Positions 12,345-25,140 of a stretch of DNA of 64,000 bases are shown here, piece after piece. Position numbers and translations under genes: made by a program. Positions within the stretch are counted from its first letter, which is position 1; the number at the start of each line of letters is the position of its first letter. Below the pieces are notes generated by a model. It was given only the letters and a program-made list of their open reading frames with translations. It searched no databases and had not been told where the DNA came from. Source of the DNA: Lingula anatina (taxonomy: Eukaryota; Animalia; Brachiopoda); NCBI GenBank assembly GCA_051362555.1, contig CM120641.1, positions 23,132,401 to 23,196,400 of the forward strand, given 5' to 3'.

Positions 12345-14248
12345 TCAAGCATAAATCTCTTGTAGTTTGTCACAAGAAGGAGTCCTCATACCCTGAGCAC
12401 GCTCCCATAAAGCACGATCAGCAAAATTCCTAGCTCTCCACATCATGTTCTCTTCTGAAAATTCAAAATAACATTATCTCAATATTTCTGTATCACTATG
12501 CATTCCATTAAGTTTTCACAAATGATCTCATGTTAAAATAGTTAAAAACAACTAGAGGATCAGAGAGGCGATACCGCCTCCGGATATTGTACCACCAGCT
12601 GGAGTAAGCGCATTCGAATGGAACCACCCCCCCCCCCCAAAAAAAAAAAAAAAAGGGACACCACAACCAGTCTTGTCCTTGACAAGCTCTATGCAATAAA
12701 CAAGAATTTTCAAAATATGCAAAAAAAAAAAAAAAAAAAGAAAGAAAAAACATAACATAAAAATGGTCCAATCAAGAGGATTTTCCAATTGGCCTGTATT
12801 TTCCTAACATTGATCACTCCTGTGATTTTCTAGACAATAGGCCTATTGGTTTTCCTTGAAATGTGTTATCAGTGTTGCATATATGCTGACAAAAGAGAAA
12901 ACGTAAGGGCAACACTGAGCATATCTCTGCTAGTTTTGAAGATATGAGGGGCAAGAAAATATGCAAAGGTCAGTTCATGGTATATGATTTCCTATTCAAG
13001 TTAAATAGTAACTATGGGTATCTCCTTGCTAATTTTGGAGATAAAGAGGCCAGAAAACATGCAAAGTATAGTTCATCATAAAAAGTAGGTCAAAGGTTAA
13101 TTTCAAGGTCACAGTTAGATTGCCAGTATATGACTTCCTGTTCAGGTTCAATAGTAACTATGGGTGTATCTCTGCCAGTTTTCGAGATATAAGGGAGATA
13201 ATTTTTGCAAAGTTCAGTTCATGGTGAAAAGTAGGTCAAAGGTCAATTTCAAGGTCACAGTTAGATTATCAGTATATGACTTCCTATTCAAGTTCAATAG
13301 TAACTAAGGGCTTATCTCTGCTAATTTTTGAGTAATTCACATTTTATTTTCACCACTGAATTTTGGATGTTGAACTTTTTGATTAGTGCAATGCCTAAGC
13401 CGTATCAAAAACAAAAAAAATGGACACCACCCCAGTGCTGCCCTTGACAAGTTCTACAAAATGCAAAAAACAAGAGGTCTCTAGCATTAACGGTTCCAGA
13501 ATTAGAGAGAATTTTCAGTTTCGGCATCTAATGGCCGCTACTACCATGAAAATGCACCGATTGATCCCAAACTCACGAAAATGAAAGATGACCCTAAGGG
13601 TAACACCTGCCCATAATATTATAGGTAAGATATGTTTCGTTTCTAAATATCGGCTGAAATAAAAATTTTCTCGCAAAAAATTCCCATTTTTAGAAAATTT
13701 TGGCCTGTTTGACCTTGAAATAAAGGTCAAAGGTCAAATCCAAGGGCATATTTGAAATCCTCACATATGACTTTTGGGCAGCCATCTGTTGTAATTTTTC
13801 CCATAATTCCATTGGTTTGGGAGATATTTAGCATTGAATTTTCAAAATTTTTGACAAGGGTGCATTTCAACGAGCGTCACGCCCAGGTCAATGCACCAAC
13901 TGAGACAAAAAAACCTGGGGGTTCAAGTTGAGATTATATGTGACCTAAATCCAAGAGATGGGGACACAGGTCCTTGCGGTCTAGGAGGAGAAGCGGTAAC
14001 GGTGACTCGTATCCCACGTCATCCTGCGGAGCCGCAGGAGCCGCAGGAGCCGCAGGAGCCGGCGGAGCTGTACGAGACGGGTCGGGACTAAAACCATGAG
14101 TACCGCCAGCGTACACGCTGGTGGTACTAATTAGGAGAAACATGCAATTGATTTATACGCATTACAAGAAGCTGAATTTATAATCATCAATGTATTCATG
14201 TGAAAATATAGTGCCTTTTTAAATATGAATAGCTCAATAACACCAAAG

Positions 14249-14288
<40 letters not shown>

Positions 14289-17200
14289 CTAAATAATCAA
14301 AAACTTACTATAGTTCCTCTCCTTAAAACAGTTTGTCCTTAAATTACCAATATATTCCTCTTCTACACTTTTCTCAACCTTTTTTATACTTCCAACGTAC
14401 TCTGTGCTAAACCCAGGCTTAACATAGTAGAGTACACCTATGTTTCCTGTTTTTCTTTCTTCTGTATATTTACTGAAATACGTAAGAGCAATTCATACAT
14501 TTCAAAGCATTCACATTCATTTGGAATATATCAGTTATACAGTATGGTAAATACAGTAAGAACTGAGAGCAAAGTTATTAAAAATTGGGGTATATCATTA
14601 CTGGCTGTACATAGGTGAGCCAATCACCCTTAATTAATTCACAAGCTGGCCAGGTATCAGTTTACAGGTAAGAGCAGGTGAAGCACACCATTAGCAACCT
14701 CAACATGTGCTTCATGCATAAAGTACACTAGAGCACACACTTTTATATTTCATATGCAATTACTTGTGACTTTATCGTTTCAATTAACCAGAAAAGTGCC
14801 TCAAGACTTATCCACCTTAATAAAGCGGTGAACCAAACATAAACTGATATAAACTTGGGAATTATAATATCAGACAACCCAATAACTCTGTGCAACTAAA
14901 AATGTTCCAGGACATGCACTTTTAGTTTGCTACAGTCAATCCAAACTGTATCAAACTAAAGAGATAAAAAAAGTTGAACTTACAATCAAACCAGAGATTT
15001 ATTTCCAGTTCAGAAAAGCAAGAAAAGGAAAAATAAAATGTTAAAATAAGAGAATGATATATACACCATTCATTTTTTTGACTTACCTAGTTCTATGTAA
15101 AGTATATATGGGATCTCCTACAAAGAAACTACTTAACATGGACAGGAATACCAGCAATAAGATTGGTGCCAATTGGAGTAATAGAGTAATATTTGCCTGA
15201 AAAAAAAAGGCATCATTATTTTTGTGAATAATTTACCTTTAGAAAAGAAAAATTCATTTATTTATTTTTTGCAATTTGTTCTTTCAATAAAATTTGTCCC
15301 AATTATGTGTAAATGAAGTTTTTTTCATCTATTTCAAACCGCGTGGACCAAGTATCATTTGTCACCATATGTTATGCAAAAAAAACTAATTACAATGCTT
15401 AGCTTACCATCATGCATTTAGAGCTGCCAAGGTCAAACAGAAGATATATGCATTTTAATTTCACTACAGGCCCACTGTACAGTGCACTGATCTAAACTGG
15501 TAATAAAGTCTGACTGACATCACCAGTCAACCAGATGGCAAGGGATCAAAAATGATCCCTCTCCATGCCTTAGATTTTAAAATCACATGTGAAGTAATCT
15601 TATTTCCTGGTGATGTCACTAAGACTATATATATATTCAGCTTAATTTAGTATCTTTTACATGAGTGAGATAATGATCAGGTACATACATCTCCACTCTG
15701 TCTAGAGGCCCTTTGACTATGTCCATGGAAATGTTGTCTCCTCACATGCACGTCACCCGAGGGGAAACCTCCACCAAAGAACATGTTAAACAGGTCTTCT
15801 GGAGAAATATCAGCTGAAATATCAACAAAGAATGTGATTTTAAAGCAGAGGGACATCAACCTGAATGCATATCAGTAAGATATGTTTATCAGTTTATATG
15901 CTACGAGAGGCAGTCACTTCTTTTTCTAAATATAATATACCAATTGTCATAAGATTATAAAACATCAATACCAACCAAACATCTTCATATCATTCATAAA
16001 CAGCCAAGATGATGGTCAACATACAAATTTATGGGAAGTTACAAATATCAGACAAAATGTATGCTCAGGAAAGTATGTTATCTAACCTTCAAAACCTCGA
16101 CTGTATGCATCATAGTAATGCCGCCGTCTGTGGTGGCGAATGTCATGTTCTTCTTCGTTGCCAAACAGATCATATTGCCTCTTTTTTTCAGGATTACTTA
16201 ACACAGAGTAGGCATTGCCTATTGCTGGTAGGAAAAAGATAATGCAAAAATTGTTAACAAACTTCTCAGTCCATTTATGAAAGGAACAAAAAGAGCACAG
16301 GTTAGTACAAGTGCCTGGCTTGGGCATTCTTGGAAGATGTTGTTTTGAGTTTTATAAAGAAGTAAAAAGAAATGGTTTCATGGGCTTATGATCTGGGGTC
16401 GCTTAAGGCAGCTGAAGAGAAATGTCAAGTACAAATTAGACTTTTGATTAAATTTTTTTAAAATCACAATTGTTTAAAGAAGGTACTATGCTAACAAAAT
16501 AACTTCAAGATCATCTCAACAACCAAGATGTAGTAAATTCATTATACTCCTACTTATTAGAATACAGATGAAAGCATTTCTCAAAATGAATAAAAGAAAA
16601 ACAAGAAAAGTATACCTTTGAATGCTTCTCCAGCACCTGGTGCATGGTTTTTGTCTGGATGAAACTGAAGTGCTAGTTTTCTATAAGCTTTTTTCAGTTC
16701 TCCCTCATTTGCTTCCCTGCTGACCCCAAGAATCTCATAATAGTCCTTGCATTTCTTAACCCTACAATAAATCAAAAAGAAATGCGTTAAACAGATATGT
16801 TTGCTCTTGGAAAATATTGCCAACCTAGGAAAAATAAGGTAAATCATACACTCATACTGGTGTATCGGTTTAATCTTAGTTGATATATATTCATGTACTT
16901 ATACATAATCACCACAGGAGAGCCGTCTTTGGCTAAAAATATATATATCCTTGTATTTGAGCAATGTCAAGCACTCTCCTGGCTGTCCAGCATTGCAAAC
17001 ATGATTAAGGAATAAAAAAAACTGTGTGCCATTCCACAATATCATTCCTTTCACAATACTTAAAAAAAATGGCATCAAACCCTCTAACTGTTAAACTAAA
17101 TTGGTAAGAATGGATGTATTACAGGGAGAGGAAACATGCTATGGTGGAATCTTTCATCTCAAAACACAGTTCTCCCATCATTAAGCCCGTCTTCTAAATC

Positions 17201-20200
17201 AGTTGAGAGCAGGCAAAACCAGGAAAAGGAAGCAGACCCAGCACCCTGTATGTTGCATATTCAAACAAAGGTGAAGTCTAAATATAATGACACTCTACAT
17301 ATATATGGAGTATTTATACCCAGTATGTATGATAAGTATTCATACTCTGTACATTGAAAAGCAGCATGCATGAGACAGGTGTCTGCCCACAGGGGGACTG
17401 GGGAGAAGCCATTACATCTAATTTGCACTGCAGCTACTGCATCACGTGCATAAATCAAACTGGAAGCCTATTATATCTAAGGCATAAATTTATACAAAAA
17501 TCAATCTCTTTTGTATCATAGCTAGCATGTGTGTGCACGTGAGCATGTGTGTGTATGTGTATGCAAAAGTCAGTAAATGGAAACAAGGATGAAACAGTAA
17601 ACATATGTATAGTTTTGCACACTTGTGACCTTTTCAAGCATGTACTGCAGATGAAAATGTTTTTAAAAAATCAATTTCTTAAACCATTTCTATTCTTCTT
17701 CTAACTAAAAATATCTAGGCATTTTGCTCAATAAATACCTTACAAGAGTAGCATAGTATGTAGCCAAATGTAAGCTAGTAACTCTGTGACAACCATACAC
17801 ATAAACCACTACAACCAACAATTTATCTTAAAGCTATACAAAAGTAGACTACCTGTATACAAGTTACAGGCTCAATCTCCATATACCACCAATGTAATTA
17901 TTTCTGTCCTTTTATCATTTTTTTCAAATAAATGTTTTAAAAGAGTCTAAGCATTAAGTTAAACTTTTCCATCATTGAGAGTTACCATGTGAATCAAAAA
18001 TCGTGTCCCACATACCCTTAAAGGCATACTAACAAAAACATAAACAGCTTCTTAAGTACCACCACAAAAAGCCTCTTACAAACACAGTATCAGTGCAAAT
18101 ATGTAGTGCTATTGAGACTGACCAAGTTGAGCGATTAAGTACGTGAAGTCTTTTAGCTTGCAGACTGGCACACACTAATCAAATCAGCTTCAACATTATA
18201 GAAACATGTAGTAAAAAGACTGCCTCTAAGACCCCATTCCCAGAGATTAGATCGATCTACTTTAGATCGTCCTAACTCCCTGGGGGTTCACGCTAAATAG
18301 CTGTCAGCCGAGCGGGCACGAAAGTTAATTACCCCCTTACATCTTGTAGTAGGCAGGACGGACATTTAAGCCGGATTATCTGACAGTAATCTAGTGAGAC
18401 TCCCAGAGGGATAGATCAATCTAAAAGCTCTGGGAATACGCCCTAAAATACCCAAAGACTTACATGTTGGACATGATCAGATTTTTAAGACAACACAGGC
18501 ACTATTCCAAATAAAACTGCTTTCAACAAGTCTTCAGAACATCTGAAAATCTATTTCTATTAGAAGAAGCTGTTCCTTTCTTTTGTCCCTTCTTTCCTGG
18601 AGGAACCTGGTCTTATACACATGGGCTCAATTTAGTTATGTAGATGCTTAGATGCTTATGCATGTCATGAAACTGTTCACCTGTCTGTGGTCAGTAACCC
18701 AGAGATACTGATCAGAGGAATAATAATATCAATCATACTCTCTGGATTCAAAGTCATCATATCAAGTGTGTTAACTGAGCAAAATAAACTTTGAGCCAAG
18801 TATTTAGAACATGCAACCACAAGTCAGATATTGTATCAACAAAGTACTAAGTGGTGATTCACAAACTTTTAGTAACATTTGTTAACATGTGCTTTACTCA
18901 TAACCACTTAAGATCTAAATGCCAACCAAAATATGAACATAATATAAAGATAAGATTTTTCTCATGAAAAGCTATCTCACTTTGCCAAATTCTAATATTT
19001 CAATGGTACGAAGTAAGGTTCTGAAAAGTATTTTCCTTACATAAAAGTAAAACAAAATTGGAAACTAATATATTTACTTGTGTGAAAATAATACACCATT
19101 TACTTCAAAATAAAAATTTGCTACAGATAAAGACTGACAACTTGGCCATCACTCTCTAAAGGTATGCTCACTTAAAATTTAGGTTGGTCTATAAAGTATT
19201 CCCCCTCTTTGCTGGCAGTCTGGTTATGATAAACTATCATAGACAGCACATACAATCTGTCAGTCACATAAAACACACAAAGATAGTAAAGATGTCAGTA
19301 GGCTGAAAATAGAGAGAATCCATACCTGCTGCTATTGTAAACTTAGCTCAAGCAGAGTACCTGCATTGAATGGTGAACTGAAAAGGACTGGACTAATTTC
19401 TATGTAAAAGCCCCCTGATGTGCTAAGCAACATTAATGCAAATATATTTCAAAACCAATGCACTGCAATTCACACCTTTTTACTGCTTCCAACTGTTCTG
19501 CTGTGTAATCTCTTTTATATCCATGTGAATCTTTTAATTTCTCATTCTCTTTGTTTTCCCTTCCTGAGGAATTAGTCCTATGCCTATGTCTATGTTTTAC
19601 ACCACTGTCTGTTTTATCTTGTGTACAACTAGAATCTGACTCTTCTTCATTTGCTTGAGCATCACCATTAGCCATATGAAGCTGAGCAAGAAGTTCTGAA
19701 AATAAAAGTCAAAGGTGTCAATACTAAAAAATGATACTTCAACTATGGTTTTGTTTAAAACAAACATTTATTCTGTTATAAAGATGCCATGTTTTGTAGA
19801 CTTAGTTATTACAATAAAGTTAGCACCAAACCAAGGCTATAAATGAAAAAAATGGTCTTATTAAATTATATTGTTTCTTCTGAAGTTCTGAATTTTAATC
19901 ATATATTAATAGTATTAGAGCTTATCAACCTCATATGGTTGCAATAAGTTGAAGTCTTATAAAGACCACGGGACTGGGCGGAGTGTAACTCAACCCGGCT
20001 ATAGCGTATGAGAAGCTGTCCAACCTTTGTCACGTTACGTCAATAACTATTCTGCAGTACACCGTACAGTAATGTATTGTAAACGTAATGATGATCATCG
20101 CTCCACCGGTTAAAAAAGATGGGGTGCTCTATCTTAACAGCAATCATCAAAATACGTACCTTTGGCTTCCTCTGATGGATAAAGCCTTTCAGCTTTGTTA

Positions 20201-20292
20201 AGGAACTTAACAGCTTTTTCTTTTTCTCCTGTCTTTATGTATTTCCTAGCTATCAATATACATTTTACACTCTCATCCTTGTTCCCTTCCAT
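12345..20292 (-). CDS. DNAJB12: DnaJ homolog subfamily B member 12/14 (ER membrane J-protein), 8 coding exons
   Basis: Exons approx. 20160-20292 ([33 protein letters not shown]), 19476-19696, 16616-16761 ([31 protein letters not shown] motif), 16087-16225, 15690-15813 ([17 protein letters not shown]), 15088-15197 ([21 protein letters not shown]), 14310-14473, 12345-12454 ([14 protein letters not shown]). Probably the single invertebrate DNAJB12/14 orthologue. Confidence 0.93.
12551..14132 (-). mobile_element. Non-autonomous Helentron/Helitron-like element (HINE/DINE-1 architecture), copy 1, about 3 degenerate 146-bp internal units
   Basis: Reverse-complement homologue of 56849-58694: 5' palindrome gtaccgccagcgtacacgctggtggtac, subTIR attgtaccaccagc, 3' hairpin gaggcgataccgcctc, CTAG-T end, ggagccgca short tandem at about 14028-14066, unit marker tatatga at 12981, 13127, 13273. 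In the last DNAJB12 intron. Confidence 0.8.
14250..14286. repeat. (GA)n microsatellite
   Basis: Direct inspection. Confidence 0.95.
18230..18443 (-). mobile_element. MITE (PIF/Harbinger-Tourist-like), copy 2
   Basis: Reverse complement of 7725-7950 (ctaactccctgggggttcacgctaaat; gttaattacccccttaca; ctgacagtaatctagtgaga); TIRs attcccagag / ctctgggaat; TAA on both flanks. Confidence 0.72.
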
Positions 20293-20738
20293 CTTGATTC
20301 CCCTGACCGGAAGCCATGGAAATTATGAATACTCAATCTGATTGGCTTAAAAATTTCCAGAGAGTGAGAAATAAAAGGGCATTAACAAGCATTATAAGAT
20401 TTTTCCAAACGCCAAATGACATTTAAGTGTGCAAACATAATAATCTGCGTTTGGAAATTGGGTGTCTTTTTTATTTCTTCATTCTTTGGCAGTTTTTAAA
20501 GAAAATAAACAAAAATACCTTTCAGAATTTAACCAATCATAACAGCCGTCCTTTCTATTGTAGGCATTAACATGCTGACGTTCCTTAGTAAAGCGCCATC
20601 TATTGACACATTTGAAAACACAGGTGCAACTCAGGTGTGCGAAACTGACCTCAAAATTCAAACGGCTGTGGTACGGAGGTATTAGAGGGTTGGAATTTGT
20701 GCAAATTAGACCCAAAGCTAACAATTAATGTTACTTCC
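20293..20738. promoter_or_regulatory. Bidirectional promoter region DNAJB12 / Ly6 gene
   Basis: 446 bp between divergent ATGs; ETS-like ccggaag at 20307; CTCF/YY1-like gcgccatctattga at 20593. Confidence 0.6.
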
Positions 20739-21361
20739 ATGTTTAAAATGAAGAATCAATATTCCAGTGCCATTTTTATTTCAACGATTATTCTCGGACT
20801 TCTCGTCAGAAGAGGTAAGTTTTGGAATTAGCAAACTTTATTTTTCTAAGATGGCGGCAATATGAGTCATAAATTGTAAAAGAATGTAAAATATGTGTGT
20901 GGATTTCATATGAAAAGGATGCACCTACCAATAAATGTGTTGTGGTAGTTGTTTTAATAGGTACATGTACATGCACCAGTCTGTGAATTAACGTCTCATA
21001 TTTTTCTGTTAAATCTATTAATAAATACGTACAGTCTCTGTAGCAAGGTACGTGTTTAGCAGACCCTGCACAAAGTATTCATTTCCTCCATCACATCTGT
21101 GTTGATTATATCGTGTCTAATAATTTGTAATAATTATATTATTGTGATAACACACATTAGTGATCACAAACTAAATCCTCTTATTAAGTATGGGATAATA
21201 CAACTGAGTCACCTGAGCAATAAAATGCCAGAACACCTTGAGTATCAGTGAGAGGTGTTTTAGGCATTTGTCATGAGAGGGTACCTGACAATGTATTATT
21301 TGACATGCAAACCTACAGAAAATACTCCCATTTCTCCAAAAACACCCCTAAAAACAATTAA

Positions 21362-21421
<60 letters not shown>

Positions 21422-22217
21422 CCACAGTCACATAACATCTCTGGGTATGTGTTAATATGTGCTGTTATTTTTTCATTCAAGGTGCTGCTTTAAACTGTTA
21501 TCAGTGTGACTCTGGCAGCGATCCTGAATGCACAGAAAACTTTGATTATGAAAACCCCAGTGGGACATTGGTAGCTACAGAATGTACAGTGGCAGATGCT
21601 AAATACTGTGTCAAAACTACAGGAGTGTGGGCAGGTGAGATCTTGGTTGGAGAAAAGTGTCCATGATTCCACAACAGCCCTCAAAAATATGGAAAACAAA
21701 AAATTAGTCCTTAGAAATTTGCTACATTTCACTTTTATGTTAAGTAATTGCAACGAAAGGTATCTGCATTTCTTTGAGTATGAAGCTTAAGTATAAAACC
21801 AATCACCTTCTCATTTTTCATTACATTTTTGAAATCCAGTTCTAAAGTCAATTTCTTTTTAGCACATTTGCAAAGGTTATTTAAATTTCGCTTTCCTTTT
21901 GTATGCAAGTTTTAGCGACTTTGCCATTTAAAACTGGACCAGTCAAAGAATTTTTTTTAATTCATTTATTCATAATACTAGACTAGAGGTTTAAATGTCC
22001 ATGTTATGTTTCAGGTGTTGTGGGCACCACCAGATTCTGTTCATCACGAGACATGGGCACCCAATGTCAGTACATCACATTCCCAGACCATGAGAGAACC
22101 TACAGAGCCTGCATCCACTCCTGTACTACAGACAGTTGTAATTCAGCGCCGGGACTGAAAGCAGGCATTTTGTTTGCAGGGATACTCTCTGTTTTTGCCA
22201 GATTGCTTAGTCACTGA
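20739..22217 (+). CDS. Ly6/uPAR three-finger GPI-anchored protein, boudin/U-scoloptoxin(05)-like
   Basis: Exons 20739-20814 (signal peptide MFKMKNQYSSAIFISTIILGLLVRR), 21482-21634 (LNCYQCDSGSDPEC..YCVKTTG), 22015-22217 (GTTRFCSSRDMGTQCQY..YRACIHSCTTDSCN plus hydrophobic GPI tail); 10 Cys ending in CN; phase-1 introns consistent. Confidence 0.88.
21363..21419. repeat. (TA)n microsatellite
   Basis: Direct inspection; shorter TA runs near 25107, 37948 and 43461. Confidence 0.95.
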
Positions 22218-22341
22218 GCTGTTACAGACTACTTAAACTTTTCCATTGTGAGGAAATTCTCTTGAATCAGCAGTGATGCTGGTTAAATATCTCTACAAAA
22301 CACCATATCAAATGGTTATTGATGATGGGATCAATTGATAT

Positions 22342-22389
22342 TGGACCAGACAATCAATTGATGATGGGATCAATTGATTGTCTGGTCCA
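22342..22389. repeat. Perfect inverted repeat, 21-bp stem and 6-nt loop
   Basis: tggaccagacaatcaattgat-gatggg-atcaattgattgtctggtcca. Confidence 0.95.
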
Positions 22390-23503
22390 CTAGACCAACC
22401 TATGCATAGGGCAGACCAATATGTTGGATCTCTGCACTTTTTAAAAACTGTTTATCACACACTGTGAATATGTACAGGAAGTCAATATTTTTGATATAAA
22501 TAAAATAGCCTGGTGTTGCAAGCAGCAAATTTTCACCGTTGATTGGATACAAATATGGGTCCCTTCAATGTAGTGACATTGCTCACCAATTATTTCGTAG
22601 TTGCTTGTTGAGGGCAAGAGTGCTAGTGGAAATTCAAAAATAGAAGAGACTTTAAAATTGCATTTTCTTTTTAAAAAGGTAGTCAAGAATGTTCTACTTG
22701 AAAAGGACATTTGCCTCAGTGTATAATCCATGGTAAATTCTAAATATGTACATATGGTGCAAGCTCCGTTCCATAGAATGTAGATCATTTTTGTATTCTT
22801 TTAATATAAATAAATTTTATAAAATTTTGTCCAGTTTTCCTGATTAGTTAGCATTTAAATACTTCTACTTTACCAAAGTTTTAACCAGGATACAGAATTA
22901 TGAAGTTTGACATTGAAAGACCCACATTCATAACTTGCGCCAACATTTTTCAGATAAAAAGGTTGAGCCATCTTCAATTGGTCCCAAAATTGGGTTCTCA
23001 AAATTTCTAACAAATCCTCCAACGGTCAACTATCCACCTTTCTAAAGAACAGCCCTTTTTTTAGATATCTGTTTTACTCTCAACAATATTGCCCAGCACC
23101 CACCGATTATCTGAAAAATGGTGACAAGGATCCCCCCCCCCCCCCCCCCCCCAAGTTCTGAAATCAGGCAAACCCTGGGTCATTACTTCCAAACTTTTTC
23201 TAACAACTAAAAATCATGTCTGAAATTCTCAAAAATATACTACAAAGTATGTTTGTCAAATCAATGTGGTCAACTTGGGAATTCAGAATTACATGCAAGA
23301 TTTATATTGAACTAACAAACAAGCATGTGGCTTTTAATAATAAAAAACTTGCATAACAAGGAAAAGAAAACGAAAATGAACTTTCTTCCATATGTTTATT
23401 GTTTACTCTTACAGTGCTGAATTTTTGTCTTCTTTTAAGAAAGGAGTCTTTTCTTCCACATTTCAGTCTCTTGCCATATATTTTTACATTTATTACAACA
23501 GCT

Positions 23504-25101
23504 TTATGCCTTGTAGCCTCTGCTCTTACGGCGACCACGAGCCCTCTCAAATTTGCGTCCCTTGGAACGAACAAATGGCCTGAAAAGGAAATATGACATT
23601 GGTTAATCTTTTTAAATACCAAGTCCCCACAAAGTACTCCAAGGTTAATGTACATTTATGAAATTGGACAGCAGTAAGACAAAATATATGTTTGATCTGC
23701 ACATAATATGAAAATGTCCATTTCTTCACAAAAAAAATTAACACAACATTGGTAGCCACCACTCAACACAGATCTTTGTGTATTGCCAATTTGGGTGTGA
23801 AATAAAATAAAGTGTAACAGATGTACGGTGTATCTAGTGTTAAATGAAGTAAAAATGTGGTGCTTGGCAGAGCTCTGCCAGTTGATGTTCACAGTCACTA
23901 CTGGCAGTGAAGTGTTTAACCCTCAAGTGACCTAGTGGGGTCATTTACGACCCCAGCCATATGATTTAATGTGCCATCTCTTTATTTTTTTATTCAAATT
24001 TTCTTTCCTTGCATGAGTTTGTCAGTCTACTAATCCTACACACTTTCACAGTTTTTTGTAGGGATCAACCAATTAGTGTGGCGTATACATCAAAAACTCT
24101 TGTGGGGTCATTTATGACCCCAAAGAGAAGCATTGGTTTTTACATATTAGTTTTTAAATTTTACTCAAATGTTTTGCCCAAGCAACACTGACAGGAAAAT
24201 GTCACATGCATGTGCTTCATGCAACCAGCCAGTGTGCCCAAAACATAGGCACAAATAAGTGGTTTGTGAAGATTGGTGCTTGAAGTGTTACTAATAGTGC
24301 ATCGCTGAATCTAATTTCAGTAGCTTTGTTGGAACTTGTTATCATAACTGGGTCTCTCATTTTGATGGTTACAATTTTCGGGTATTTCGGAAATCTAAAT
24401 AATTTTGTCGATATCATATTATACATGTATTAACAAATTGTTTGTGTGGATTTTGTTTTATACACAGCTGTGGTAGTAACATACATGTAGGTTGATTGAA
24501 TGTGTTCTGAGTAGTATGACTTCCTTACCAGCATTAGGGTATTCCCTACTCAGCAAGTCAGCTAATTATTCTTATTGAAGTTAGCAGGATGCTATCTCAA
24601 CATAAATCAAAATATTTTTACTCAAAGTAATTTTGTAATGTACTTTTTTCATTTAGTGTGGCAAATAAAAAGAGAAATATTTCTGCAAGTTAGACTGACA
24701 AGGACTGTCTAAATACCGGTGTAATGTTGTTCTTAAAATCTGTGCTTGGTTATTTCATGCAATAAAAGTATTATTACCAAATACTTATTACATTAGATCA
24801 TTATAAAATACTTGTCTTAAATCCTGAGAGTAGTATGGGTGTGATAAAGCCTCAACAGCCTTTTATAATAAGGATCCCTGTACAGAGCACAATGGGGTCA
24901 TAGATGACCCCACTTGGTCATTTCAGTCAGTAAAATAGCTTGGTCTCTTGAGGGTTAACTACTTCACTAGTTTATCCATTTTCAGGGTATCCAATCAATG
25001 ATGGGTAAACAAATATTTCAGACCATTTTCGGCAGTTCCATTTGACAATTTATTTTGAAATTGTATATATATAACAAAATAGGATGTGTGGAGTTAGGAT
25101 G

Positions 25102-25140
<39 letters not shown>

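Noticed and set aside
13891-14143. ORFs with EPQ/PAA repeats, and similar ORFs at 56836, 57387, 58531, 12508
   Set aside because: Translations of the non-coding HINE element and its 9-bp repeat.
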